A DNA stretch of 64,000 nucleotides from Lachnospiraceae bacterium. GTDB lineage: Bacteria > Bacillota > Clostridia > Lachnospirales > Lachnospiraceae. The stretch covers positions 40,252-104,251 of the forward strand of contig JBJEMB010000268.1 of the NCBI GenBank assembly GCA_051879455.1, given 5' to 3'. Under the pieces are notes generated by a model that saw only the letters and a program-made list of their open reading frames with translations, had not been told where the DNA came from and did not search any database. Below are positions 52,570 through 61,570 of this stretch, one piece after another. Made by a program: the position numbers and the translations under genes. The first letter of the stretch is position 1. Each line of letters begins with the position of its first letter.

Positions 52570-53394
52570 ATGAAATATACAGAAATTCCGATTCGGGTAG
52601 AAGGCTCTGACGAGCATGCAAAGCTGATGGCATACATTTTAGATACACCATCAGAAAAGATTTTGACAAAAAAGCGTCCGTTGGTTCTGATTTGCCCGGG
52701 AGGGGCTTATGAAAAGTTAAGCTATAGGGAAGGAGAACCGCTGGCAATTCATTTTATGAACCAAGGGTACCATGCGTGTGTTCTTCACTATTCACTGGCG
52801 CCGACACGTTATCCGGTTCAGCTTTTGGAACTTGCGACTGCAATGAAGATTATTAATGAACATGCCAGAGAATGGAAAATTGATACAGAACATATTGTTT
52901 TGCAAGGATCTTCTGCAGGAGCTCATCTTGCAGGAACGCTTGGGGTGTTTTGGAATCAGGACTGGGTTTCGGAGGCGGTAGAGGCAGAGAAAATTCAGCT
53001 GAAGCCAGCGGGACTCATGCTCAGTTATCCTGTAATTACTTCAGAAGAAAAATATAGAACGAAAAGTAGTTTTAAAAATCTTCTGGGTGAACGTTTTGAG
53101 GAACTAAAAGATGAGATTTCTCTGGAAAAACAGGTGACAAAAGATACACCGCCATGTTTTATCTGGCATACACTCGAGGACAAATCTGTTCCTGTAGAAA
53201 ATGCATTTCTCATGGTATCAGCACTTAAAAAAGCAGGCATTCCGGCAGAACTTCACGTATTTCCGGAAGGGGAGCACGGATTAAGTCTTGCAAGTCCGCT
53301 GGTACAGAGAGCAGACGGCAGTGGAATCCAGAAACAGTGTCAGGCGTGGATTGGACTGGCAGATACATGGATGGAACGGTTGCTTGAGAAATAG
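52570..53394 (+). CDS. Alpha/beta hydrolase (esterase-like)
   Basis: CPGGAY; GSSAG nucleophile elbow; EDKSVP; G.HGLSL. Confidence 0.88.
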   Translation: MKYTEIPIRVEGSDEHAKLMAYILDTPSEKILTKKRPLVLICPGGAYEKLSYREGEPLAIHFMNQGYHACVLHYSLAPTRYPVQLLELATAMKIINEHAREWKIDTEHIVLQGSSAGAHLAGTLGVFWNQDWVSEAVEAEKIQLKPAGLMLSYPVITSEEKYRTKSSFKNLLGERFEELKDEISLEKQVTKDTPPCFIWHTLEDKSVPVENAFLMVSALKKAGIPAELHVFPEGEHGLSLASPLVQRADGSGIQKQCQAWIGLADTWMERLLEK

Positions 53395-53438
53395 TGAATC
53401 AGAGATTGAATTGATTTTAATGAAGGAGATTAAGGAAG

Positions 53439-54977
53439 ATGAGTAAAAAACCAACAGTACTTATGATATTAGATGGTTATGGATTGAATGAGAATACTAC
53501 CGGAAATGCTGTCGCAGAAGGAAAGACTCCGGTTATGGATAAATTAATGGCTGAGTGCCCGTTTGTAAAAGGTAACGCAAGCGGAATGGCAGTAGGACTT
53601 CCGGACGGCCAGATGGGTAATTCAGAGGTAGGACATTTGAACATGGGTGCTGGACGTATTGTGTACCAGGATCTTACAAAGATCACTAAAGCAATCCAGG
53701 ATGGCGACTTTTTTGAAAATAAAGCGCTTCTTGCAGCATGTGAGAATGCAAAGAAAAATGACAGCGCACTTCATATGTTCGGGCTTGTTTCTGATGGTGG
53801 TGTTCACAGTCATAACACACATATTTACGGACTTTTAGAGCTCGCTAAGAGACAGGGACTTAAAAAAGTATATGTTCACTGTTTCCTTGACGGACGTGAC
53901 ACACCTCCGGCATCCGGAAAAGAATATGTAGAAGAATTAGTTGCTAAGATGGAAGAAATCGGTGTAGGCGAAGTCGCTACTGTTATGGGACGCTACTATG
54001 CAATGGACCGAGACAACCGTTGGGATCGTGTGGAAAAAGCTTACAGAGCAATGGTTTACGGGGAAGGCGAGACAGCTGTGAGCGGTCCGGAAGGAATTCA
54101 GGCATCTTACGATAAAGAAGTGACCGATGAGTTCGTACTTCCAACCGTTGTTATGAAAGACGGCGCACCTGTAGCGACGATTAAAGATAACGACTCTATT
54201 ATTTTCTTTAACTTCCGCCCGGACCGTGCAAGAGAGATCACAAGAACATTCTGTGATGATGAATTTGCAGGATTTGACAGAGGCGAGAGAGTTAAGACAA
54301 CTTATGTATGCTTCACGGAATACGATGTTACGATCCCGAATAAACAGGTGGCATTTGTAAAAGAAGAAATCACAAATACATTTGGAGAATTCCTCGCAAA
54401 GAATGGTCTTAAGCAGGCACGTATCGCTGAGACAGAAAAATATGCACATGTAACATTTTTCTTCAACGGCGGTGTAGAAGAGCCAAATGAAGGAGAGGAT
54501 CGTATCCTTGTAAAATCACCGAAGGTAGCAACCTATGATTTAAAACCAGAGATGAGCGCTTATGAAGTATGTGATAAACTGGTTGGCGCAATCAAATCCG
54601 GCGAATACGATGTGATCATCATCAACTTCGCAAATCCGGACATGGTAGGACATACCGGTGTAGAAGCTGCAGCAATTAAAGCAATTGAAGCAGTAGACGA
54701 GTGCGTTGGAAAGACGGTAGAAGCAATCAAAGAAGTAGACGGACAAATGATCATCTGCGCAGACCACGGCAACGCAGAACAGTTGATTGACGATGCAACA
54801 GGCGAACCATTTACCGCACACACAACAAATCCGGTACCATTCATTCTTGTGAACGCAGATCCGGCTTATCAATTAAGAGAAGGTGGATGCCTGGCAGACA
54901 TCGCACCTACACTCATTGAGTTAATGGGAATGGAACAGCCAAAAGAAATGACAGGAAAGAGTTTGCTCGTGAAATAG
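53439..54977 (+). CDS. gpmI: 2,3-bisphosphoglycerate-independent phosphoglycerate mutase
   Basis: ILDGYG; QMGNSEVGH; SDGGVHSH; GRYYAMDRD; [15 protein letters not shown]; ADHGN. Confidence 0.98.
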   Translation: MSKKPTVLMILDGYGLNENTTGNAVAEGKTPVMDKLMAECPFVKGNASGMAVGLPDGQMGNSEVGHLNMGAGRIVYQDLTKITKAIQDGDFFENKALLAACENAKKNDSALHMFGLVSDGGVHSHNTHIYGLLELAKRQGLKKVYVHCFLDGRDTPPASGKEYVEELVAKMEEIGVGEVATVMGRYYAMDRDNRWDRVEKAYRAMVYGEGETAVSGPEGIQASYDKEVTDEFVLPTVVMKDGAPVATIKDNDSIIFFNFRPDRAREITRTFCDDEFAGFDRGERVKTTYVCFTEYDVTIPNKQVAFVKEEITNTFGEFLAKNGLKQARIAETEKYAHVTFFFNGGVEEPNEGEDRILVKSPKVATYDLKPEMSAYEVCDKLVGAIKSGEYDVIIINFANPDMVGHTGVEAAAIKAIEAVDECVGKTVEAIKEVDGQMIICADHGNAEQLIDDATGEPFTAHTTNPVPFILVNADPAYQLREGGCLADIAPTLIELMGMEQPKEMTGKSLLVK

Positions 54978-54979
54978 TA

Positions 54980-55022
54980 AATTTGGGACGTAGACTTTTT
55001 GCAAAAGTCTACGTCCCAAATT
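54980..55022. repeat. Perfect 20-bp inverted repeat (REP-like or terminator)
   Basis: aatttgggacgtagactttt-tgc-aaaagtctacgtcccaaatt. Confidence 0.85.
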
Positions 55023-55059
55023 GTATTTTTCCTCGTACCTATTTGAAAGGAGATTGCTT

Positions 55060-55233
55060 ATGGCGGCATGTGAGTTTTGTGCAAACTATATTTATGATGA
55101 CGAAGAAGGATATTATTATTGTGATGTAAATCTGGATGAGGATGAATACTACCGTTTTATGAACAGCAATTATAAGAACTGTCCGTATTATCAGTCGAAT
55201 GATGATTATAAAATTGTACGACACCAGATGTAG
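55060..55233 (+). CDS. Small Cys/Tyr/acidic protein (DUF6472-like, from recall)
   Basis: 57 aa, CEFC..Y.YDDE...Y.C..NLDEDEY.RF....CPYYQ..DDYKIVRHQM; RBS aaggag. Confidence 0.75.
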   Translation: MAACEFCANYIYDDEEGYYYCDVNLDEDEYYRFMNSNYKNCPYYQSNDDYKIVRHQM

Positions 55234-55243
55234 GAGGATGAAT

Positions 55244-55921
55244 ATGAAATCTTATGATGTGTTTTTCTTTGATCTGGATGGGACCATTACAGATTCTTCG
55301 CTTGGAATTACAAATTCTGTGATGTATGCGCTTAAGAAGTTTGGAATCACAGAGACTGACAGGACGAAATTATACAAGTTTATCGGACCGCCGCTTACGG
55401 ATTCCTTCCGGGAGTTTTATGGATTTTCCGAGGAAGAGGCGCTTCTTGGTGTGAAATACTATCGTGAGTATTATCAGGATAAAGGAATTTATGAGAACCT
55501 TGTTTATGATGGGTTTGAGAAAATTATCAAAACCTTGAAAGCGGCGGGTAAGATGACAGTGGTTGCTACTTCAAAGCCGGAACCTTATGCAAAAAGAATT
55601 ATCGAGCATTTTGGTCTGGCTTCCTACTTCGATCATGTGGCGGGGATGGAACTTAGTGGAGGCCGTGCGACAAAAGCGGAAGTAATCCGGTATGCATTTG
55701 AAAAGTGCGGACTTGATGTATGTAAGAAAGAGGACAGAGAAAGAGTTCTTATGATTGGCGACAGAAAACATGATGTGATTGGGGCAAAAGAAGTAGGAAT
55801 CGATTGCCTTGGGGTTCTTTATGGATTCGGAAGTCGTGAAGAACTTGAAGAAGTTGGGGCAGATTATATTGCTGAAACGGTAAAAGAGATACAAAAATTT
55901 ATCTTGACAAAAACTGTTTGA
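55244..55921 (+). CDS. HAD superfamily hydrolase
   Basis: FDLDGTITDS; FIGPPL; ATSKP; MIGDRKHDV.GA. Confidence 0.9.
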   Translation: MKSYDVFFFDLDGTITDSSLGITNSVMYALKKFGITETDRTKLYKFIGPPLTDSFREFYGFSEEEALLGVKYYREYYQDKGIYENLVYDGFEKIIKTLKAAGKMTVVATSKPEPYAKRIIEHFGLASYFDHVAGMELSGGRATKAEVIRYAFEKCGLDVCKKEDRERVLMIGDRKHDVIGAKEVGIDCLGVLYGFGSREELEEVGADYIAETVKEIQKFILTKTV

Positions 55922-55932
55922 AATGATAAGTT
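55904..55932 (+). promoter_or_regulatory. sigmaA promoter of the PTS operon
   Basis: TTGACA-17-TAAGTT with TGn extension. Confidence 0.7.
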
Positions 55933-55943
55933 GTTTATAGATA

Positions 55944-56020
55944 TAGTATGTTACTTGATCGGGAGGCATTAACTATACATAAATGTTTTTGGATGTTTAT
56001 GTGTGTTAATGCCTTTTTTG
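55944..56020 (+). promoter_or_regulatory. RAT antiterminator site overlapping a leader terminator
   Basis: GTTACT-tgatcggg-AGGCA RAT core (55950-55968); terminator aggcattaac/gttaatgcct (55964-56014) plus T tail; BglG/GlcT-type protein encoded downstream. Confidence 0.85.
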
Positions 56021-56095
56021 TATCATTTATTTTTATAAAAACCGCATGATATGCACATATTCTGTCGAGAATAAAATGTGAAAAGGAGAAGAAAA

Positions 56096-58243
56096 ATGAA
56101 AGACAAAATTTTTGGCGTGCTTCAGCGCGTCGGAAGATCCTTTATGCTGCCGATTGCGATTCTGCCGGTAGCGGGACTTCTTTTAGGAGTCGGCGGTTCC
56201 TTTACGAACGAAACGATGCTTGAAACATACGGATTGCTGAATATTATGGGACCGGGTACTGTGTTTAATGCGGTATTTACAGTAATGAAAGAGGCTGGAG
56301 ATATTGTATTTGCAAACTTACCGATCATTTTCGCGATGGGTGTTGCAATTGGTATGGCAAAAAAAGAGAAAGAAGTAGCAGCTCTTGCTGCAGCAATTGC
56401 TTTCTTTATTATGCATGCGTCAATTGGTGCAATGATTGAAATTACCGGTGGTACAGAAAATATGCTGAACGGTTCTACTGCATCTGTATGTGGGATTACA
56501 TCTCTTCAGATGGGTGTGTTCGGTGGTATTATCGTAGGACTTGGAGTAGCAGCTCTTCATAATAAGTTTTATAAGATTGAGCTTCCACAGGTACTTTCCT
56601 TCTTCGGAGGTACAAGGTTCGTTCCGATTGTCAGTGCGGTTGTCTACACAGCAGTGGGAATTTTGATGTTCTTTATCTGGCCGGTGATCCAGAATGGTAT
56701 TTACGCAGTAGGAAATGTAGTTTTAAATTCCGGATATGCAGGAACATGGGTTTATGGATTTATGGAGCGTCTGCTCATTCCATTCGGACTTCATCACGTA
56801 TTCTACCTTCCATTCTGGCAGACAGGTGTGGGCGGTACAATGGAAGTGGGCGGAAAACTTATCGAAGGTGCGCAGAACATTTTCTTCGCACAGCTTGCTG
56901 ATCCGAGTGTAGAGCATTTTGCTGTTTCTGCAACAAGATTTATGTCAGGTAAGTTCCCACTTATGATCTTCGGACTCCCGGGAGCTGCACTTGCAATGTA
57001 TAAGACTGCGAAGCCTGAAAAGAAGAAAGCAGTAGAAGGTCTTCTTCTTTCAGCAGCACTTACTTCTATGCTGACAGGTATTACAGAACCTCTGGAATTT
57101 ACATTCCTGTTTGTGGCTCCGCTTTTATACGGAATCCACTGTGTATTTGCAGGACTTGCATATATGCTGATGCATGTATTTAGTGTAGGAGTCGGCATGA
57201 CTTTCTCAGGTGGACTTATTGACTTATTCCTCTTTGGTATTCTTCAGGGAAACAGTAAGACAAACTGGATCTGGGTTGTAATCGTAGGTGTCGGATATTT
57301 TATCGTCTATTATTTCCTGTTCAGTTTCCTGATCAAGAAAATGGATTTAAAAACACCAGGCCGCGATGACAGTGAAGAAGTGAAATTATATAGAAGAAGT
57401 GATGTGGAAGCAAAGAAAAAAGGAAACAAAGACACAGCAGGTGAGGAGACAGCAGAAGATGCACTTTCCAGAACAATCTGTGAAGGTCTTGGCGGAAAGA
57501 AAAATATCTCTGATGTAGACTGCTGTGCGACAAGACTTCGCTGCACAGTATATAAGGCAGAACTTGTAAGTGATGCTCTCTTAAAATCAACAGGAGCTTC
57601 CGGAGTGGTTCATAAAGGGAATGGTGTGCAGATTATTTACGGGCCTAGAGTTACTGTAATTAAGTCGAATCTGGAAGATTATCTTGAAACAGCGCCGGAT
57701 GAGGAATTCAATGCTTCAGAAAATGTACAGGGTGAAGAAGAAGAAGCTTTCGTGGAGAAAGAAGAGTCAGGAAAGATTGTTGAATCTATTATTATTTCAA
57801 GCCCGGTGACCGGGGCTGCGGCTGATCTTTCTACCGCACCGGATGAAGCATTTGCAGGAAGAATGATGGGAGACGGTGCAGTTGTAACACCAGAGGATCC
57901 ATATGTGTATGCTCCGGAAGACGGTGAAGTCTGCTTTGTGTTTGAGACAAAGCATGCAGTAGGATTTCTGACAGATTCCGGTGTAAGCCTTTTGATCCAC
58001 ATGGGAATTGATACTGTAAAACTTAACGGAGAAGGTTTTGAAGTTCTGGTTGAAAATGGGCAGAAAGTAAAGAAAGGTACTCCGATGCTGAAGCTTGATC
58101 TTGATTATCTGGGCGCGAACGCACCGTCTTTGGTGTCACCGATCTTGTGTACAGAGCTTGAAGACAATCAGAAAATACGTCTGATAAGAGAAGGGGAAAT
58201 TCAGGCGGGAGAAGCACTTTTTGCAGTTGATATATATGAGTAA
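56096..58243 (+). CDS. Glucose-family PTS EIICBA
   Basis: LQRVGRSFMLPIA; PFGLHH; GITEPLEF; EIIB DCCATRLR; EIIA LIHMGIDTV; substrate not determinable. Confidence 0.92.
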   Translation: MKDKIFGVLQRVGRSFMLPIAILPVAGLLLGVGGSFTNETMLETYGLLNIMGPGTVFNAVFTVMKEAGDIVFANLPIIFAMGVAIGMAKKEKEVAALAAAIAFFIMHASIGAMIEITGGTENMLNGSTASVCGITSLQMGVFGGIIVGLGVAALHNKFYKIELPQVLSFFGGTRFVPIVSAVVYTAVGILMFFIWPVIQNGIYAVGNVVLNSGYAGTWVYGFMERLLIPFGLHHVFYLPFWQTGVGGTMEVGGKLIEGAQNIFFAQLADPSVEHFAVSATRFMSGKFPLMIFGLPGAALAMYKTAKPEKKKAVEGLLLSAALTSMLTGITEPLEFTFLFVAPLLYGIHCVFAGLAYMLMHVFSVGVGMTFSGGLIDLFLFGILQGNSKTNWIWVVIVGVGYFIVYYFLFSFLIKKMDLKTPGRDDSEEVKLYRRSDVEAKKKGNKDTAGEETAEDALSRTICEGLGGKKNISDVDCCATRLRCTVYKAELVSDALLKSTGASGVVHKGNGVQIIYGPRVTVIKSNLEDYLETAPDEEFNASENVQGEEEEAFVEKEESGKIVESIIISSPVTGAAADLSTAPDEAFAGRMMGDGAVVTPEDPYVYAPEDGEVCFVFETKHAVGFLTDSGVSLLIHMGIDTVKLNGEGFEVLVENGQKVKKGTPMLKLDLDYLGANAPSLVSPILCTELEDNQKIRLIREGEIQAGEALFAVDIYE

Positions 58244-58331
58244 GATTGTCTGAATGAAAAACAAACAGACAAAACAGAGGATTTAGAGAGATACTTGCTT
58301 CAAAGGAATCCGGAGCAAAGAGAAAGAGTGA

Positions 58332-59189
58332 GTGGACGAAGTGAAATATAGAGTAATAAAAGTATTAAATCATAATGCAGTGATTGCAATGCATGGGGAA
58401 AAGAAAAAGGAATATATGATCTTAGGAAAGGGTGTCGGATTTGGCAAAAAAGTCAGTGAATGGATTGAAGCTGGAAGTGATGCTACCGTTTATTCACTGA
58501 CAGAGGAGACAGACCGCGGAAGTGCGAAAGAAATTGCAAAATCTGTTTCCCCGGTTTGTCTGGAAATTGCCAATGAGGTTTTAAATGAAGCAGAAAAGAC
58601 TTTTGGAAAAATAGACAGGTCAATCCTTTTTTCTATGGCAGATCACATTGAATTTGCTGTAAAAAGAATAAAAAATAATGAGCAGATCAGTAATCCTCTG
58701 ACTGATGATATCCGTGTATTGTTTTACATGGAATTTAAAGTCGCAAAATGCATTGAACCGCTTTTAAAGGAGCGCATGGGTATTCAGATCAATGAGGATG
58801 AAATCGGTTACATTGCGCTTCACGTCCACTCTGCGATTGAGGAACAAAAGGTTTCACAGGCAATGCAAATTGCAGGTTCTGTCAGGGAATGCATCAATCT
58901 GGTAGAGAAAGAAACCGGAAAGACGATTGATGTAATGTCATTGTCCTATAACCGTTTGATGAATCATGTGAGACATATGGTCGCGAGAGTACTAAACGGG
59001 GAAAAATTAAAACTGAATATGAATGATTATATGGAAATCAAATTTCCGCAGTCATTTGAGACTGCAAAGCACATTTGCAAACAGGTAGGAAAAAGCCTTA
59101 AATGCACATTGGATGATGTAGAGATTGGTTATCTGGCTATGCATATAGAAAGAGTTGCTTCTGATGAAGTGGCAGAAGATACAAAATGA
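58332..59189 (+). CDS. BglG/GlcT family PRD antiterminator
   Basis: CAT domain (IKVLNHNAV; GKGVGFGKK); PRD histidines in ADHI, ALHV, MNHV, AMHI. Confidence 0.92.
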   Translation: MDEVKYRVIKVLNHNAVIAMHGEKKKEYMILGKGVGFGKKVSEWIEAGSDATVYSLTEETDRGSAKEIAKSVSPVCLEIANEVLNEAEKTFGKIDRSILFSMADHIEFAVKRIKNNEQISNPLTDDIRVLFYMEFKVAKCIEPLLKERMGIQINEDEIGYIALHVHSAIEEQKVSQAMQIAGSVRECINLVEKETGKTIDVMSLSYNRLMNHVRHMVARVLNGEKLKLNMNDYMEIKFPQSFETAKHICKQVGKSLKCTLDDVEIGYLAMHIERVASDEVAEDTK

Positions 59190-59251
59190 TATCACTCTGC
59201 ATAGGTGTACAGGATGAAAATAATAATTTAAAATGAGAAGGAGAATATATT

Positions 59252-59509
59252 ATGAAAACATTTAATTACGTTATTACTGATGAAGTTGGAATCCATGCAA
59301 GACCGGCAGGAATGCTTGTAAAAGAGGCAAAAAAATATGAATCTTCTGTTATAATAAAAAAGGGAGAGAAGAAAGCAGATGCGAAGAAACTTATGGTCCT
59401 GATGGGACTTGGCGTAAAATACGGTGAAGAGGTTACAGTAGAAGTAGAAGGCGCTGATGAAGAGAAAGCTTGTGAAGCGATGGAAACATTTTTCAAAGAG
59501 AACTTATAA
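59252..59509 (+). CDS. ptsH: HPr phosphocarrier (Lys at position 46)
   Basis: GIHARPA with His15; ADAKKLM in place of the usual KSIM. Confidence 0.93.
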   Translation: MKTFNYVITDEVGIHARPAGMLVKEAKKYESSVIIKKGEKKADAKKLMVLMGLGVKYGEEVTVEVEGADEEKACEAMETFFKENL

Positions 59510-59533
59510 GAAGGTATCAAAAGAGGTATCAGG

Positions 59534-61171
59534 ATGGAAAAAGTAACTGGAAAATCAATTTTCAAAGGAATTGCCATTGGAAAAATACTGTTTTACCATA
59601 AAGGGGAACAGTCAGTAAAGCGAAGAAGAGTGGAAGATACATCTTCTGAAGTGAAGAGATATGAAGAAGCCAGAGATAAAGCTATCGCACAGCTTGGTGA
59701 GTTGTATGAAAAAGCTGTAAAAGAAGTTGGCGAGATGAATGCTGCAGTATTTGAAGTGCATATGATGATGATGGAAGATGATGATTATGTTGATTCCATC
59801 GTCAATATCATTGAGACACAGCAGGTAAATGCGGAATTTGCGGTTGCAACAACAGGAGATAATTTTGCGAAGATGTTTGCAGAGATGGAAGATGACTATT
59901 TCAAAGCCCGTGCGGCGGATGTCAAAGACATTTCTGAGAGACTTGTAAATATTTTAAGTGGAAGAGAAAATGGTGGAGATATCGGCGAAGAACCGGTGAT
60001 CGTTGTGGCAGATGATCTGGCGCCGAGCGAAACAGTGCAGATGGATAAGGACAAGCTCCTTGCATTTGTAACACGTCATGGCTCTTCGAATTCCCATACT
60101 GCAATTCTCGCCAGAACGATGAACATTCCGGCACTGATCGGCGTGGATATCTGTGAAGAATGGAATGGCAAAATGGCGGTTGTAGACGGGTATTCAGGAA
60201 CTTTCTATATTGAGCCGGACGAAGATATCCTGAATGAGATGAAAAAACGCCAGAAGGAGGACATGGAAGCACGAAATCTTCTTTTGCAGTTAAAAGGTAA
60301 AGAGGATGTAACTCTGGATGGAAAGAAAATCCGTTTGTATGCGAATATCGGAAGCGTAAAGGATGTAACAAATGTTCTGGCAAATGATGCTGCCGGAATC
60401 GGACTTTTCAGAAGTGAGTTTCTGTACCTGGAATCTGAGGATTATCCAGATGAAGAGACACAGTTTCAGGTGTATAAGACAGTAGCTGAAAATATGGCAG
60501 GAAAAAAAGTTATCGTAAGAACCCTTGATATCGGTGCAGATAAGCAGGTGGATTACTTTAACATGGATCATGAAGAAAACCCGGCTATGGGATACAGAGC
60601 AATTCGTATCTGTCTTGACAGGCAGGAAATTTTCAGGACACAGCTTCGTGCTCTGCTTCGCGCCAGTGCATATGGAAATATTGCAATCATGTATCCTATG
60701 ATCATTTCGGTTAACGAGGTGAAGCAGATTAAAGCGATTGTGGAATCTGTGAAGGCAGAACTGGATTTTAAAGGTATTCCTTATGGGGATGTCGAGCAGG
60801 GTATTATGATTGAGACTCCGGCAGCTGTTATGATCAGCGATTTGCTTGCGGAAGAAGTAGATTTTTTCAGTATCGGCACAAACGATCTGACACAGTATAC
60901 ATTGGCAATTGACAGGCAGAATATGAAACTGGACAACATATATGATTCTCATCATCCGGCGGTGCTCCGCATGATCCAGATGACGATTGAAAACGGACAT
61001 AAACATGGCTGCTGGGTTGGAATCTGCGGAGAACTCGGTGCGGATACAAGCCTTACAAAGACATTTCTTGAGATGGGAATCGATGAACTGTCTGTATCAC
61101 CATCCTTTGTACTGCCAATCAGAAAGATTATCCGCGAGATGAGTATCGACAGGATTAAAAGAGTTAATTGA
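59534..61171 (+). CDS. ptsI: PTS enzyme I
   Basis: SHTAILAR; GIGLFRSEFLY; RTLDIGADK; GYRAIR; SIGTNDLTQY; ICGELG. Confidence 0.98.
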   Translation: MEKVTGKSIFKGIAIGKILFYHKGEQSVKRRRVEDTSSEVKRYEEARDKAIAQLGELYEKAVKEVGEMNAAVFEVHMMMMEDDDYVDSIVNIIETQQVNAEFAVATTGDNFAKMFAEMEDDYFKARAADVKDISERLVNILSGRENGGDIGEEPVIVVADDLAPSETVQMDKDKLLAFVTRHGSSNSHTAILARTMNIPALIGVDICEEWNGKMAVVDGYSGTFYIEPDEDILNEMKKRQKEDMEARNLLLQLKGKEDVTLDGKKIRLYANIGSVKDVTNVLANDAAGIGLFRSEFLYLESEDYPDEETQFQVYKTVAENMAGKKVIVRTLDIGADKQVDYFNMDHEENPAMGYRAIRICLDRQEIFRTQLRALLRASAYGNIAIMYPMIISVNEVKQIKAIVESVKAELDFKGIPYGDVEQGIMIETPAAVMISDLLAEEVDFFSIGTNDLTQYTLAIDRQNMKLDNIYDSHHPAVLRMIQMTIENGHKHGCWVGICGELGADTSLTKTFLEMGIDELSVSPSFVLPIRKIIREMSIDRIKRVN

Positions 61172-61233
61172 AATTAAGAGTGCATCGAGCGATATAAGCA
61201 CAAATTTTGCAGCAATGAAGGAAAATAAATAGG

Positions 61234-61282
61234 AAAAAGGGTATCTTTAGACGTTCTTAATACGGATTGAGATACCCTTTTT
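61234..61282 (+). terminator. Terminator of the PTS operon
   Basis: aaaaagggtatctt / gagatacccttttt. Confidence 0.75.
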
Positions 61283-61364
61283 ACTCTCTTTATCTGATTT
61301 GGCGTATGATAAAAGTGTCATAAAAGAAATTTAAAAAATCGGATAATTGGCAGGGGGTGAAGAT

Positions 61365-61520
61365 ATGCAGGGATTATTACTGATAGCAATCATGCTGATG
61401 ATTTTTGTGTTCGGATTTTATTTGATGGGGAAGCTGGATCTGTTTTTGAAAGAGAATTATGACAGACAGATGGCTGAGATTGAGTCAGGGGATGATGCTC
61501 TGCATATCAGGAATGTTTAG
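61365..61520 (+). CDS. 51-aa single-TM small protein (below the ORF-track cutoff)
   Basis: RBS gggggtg; MQGLLLIAIMLMIFVFGFYLMGKLDLFLKENYDRQMAEIESGDDALHIRNV*; terminators on both sides. Confidence 0.7.
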   Translation: MQGLLLIAIMLMIFVFGFYLMGKLDLFLKENYDRQMAEIESGDDALHIRNV

Positions 61521-61539
61521 AAGAATAAAATAAATAGAG

Positions 61540-61570
61540 AAAACCTCCGCAATTAAGCGCGGAGGTTTTT
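61540..61570. terminator. Bidirectional terminator
   Basis: aaaacctccgc / gcggaggtttt; the minus-strand stop (61553-61555) is in the loop. Confidence 0.8.

Noticed and set aside
60290-61006. 238-aa minus-strand ORF opposite ptsI
   Set aside because: Shadow of a conserved gene with no independent signals
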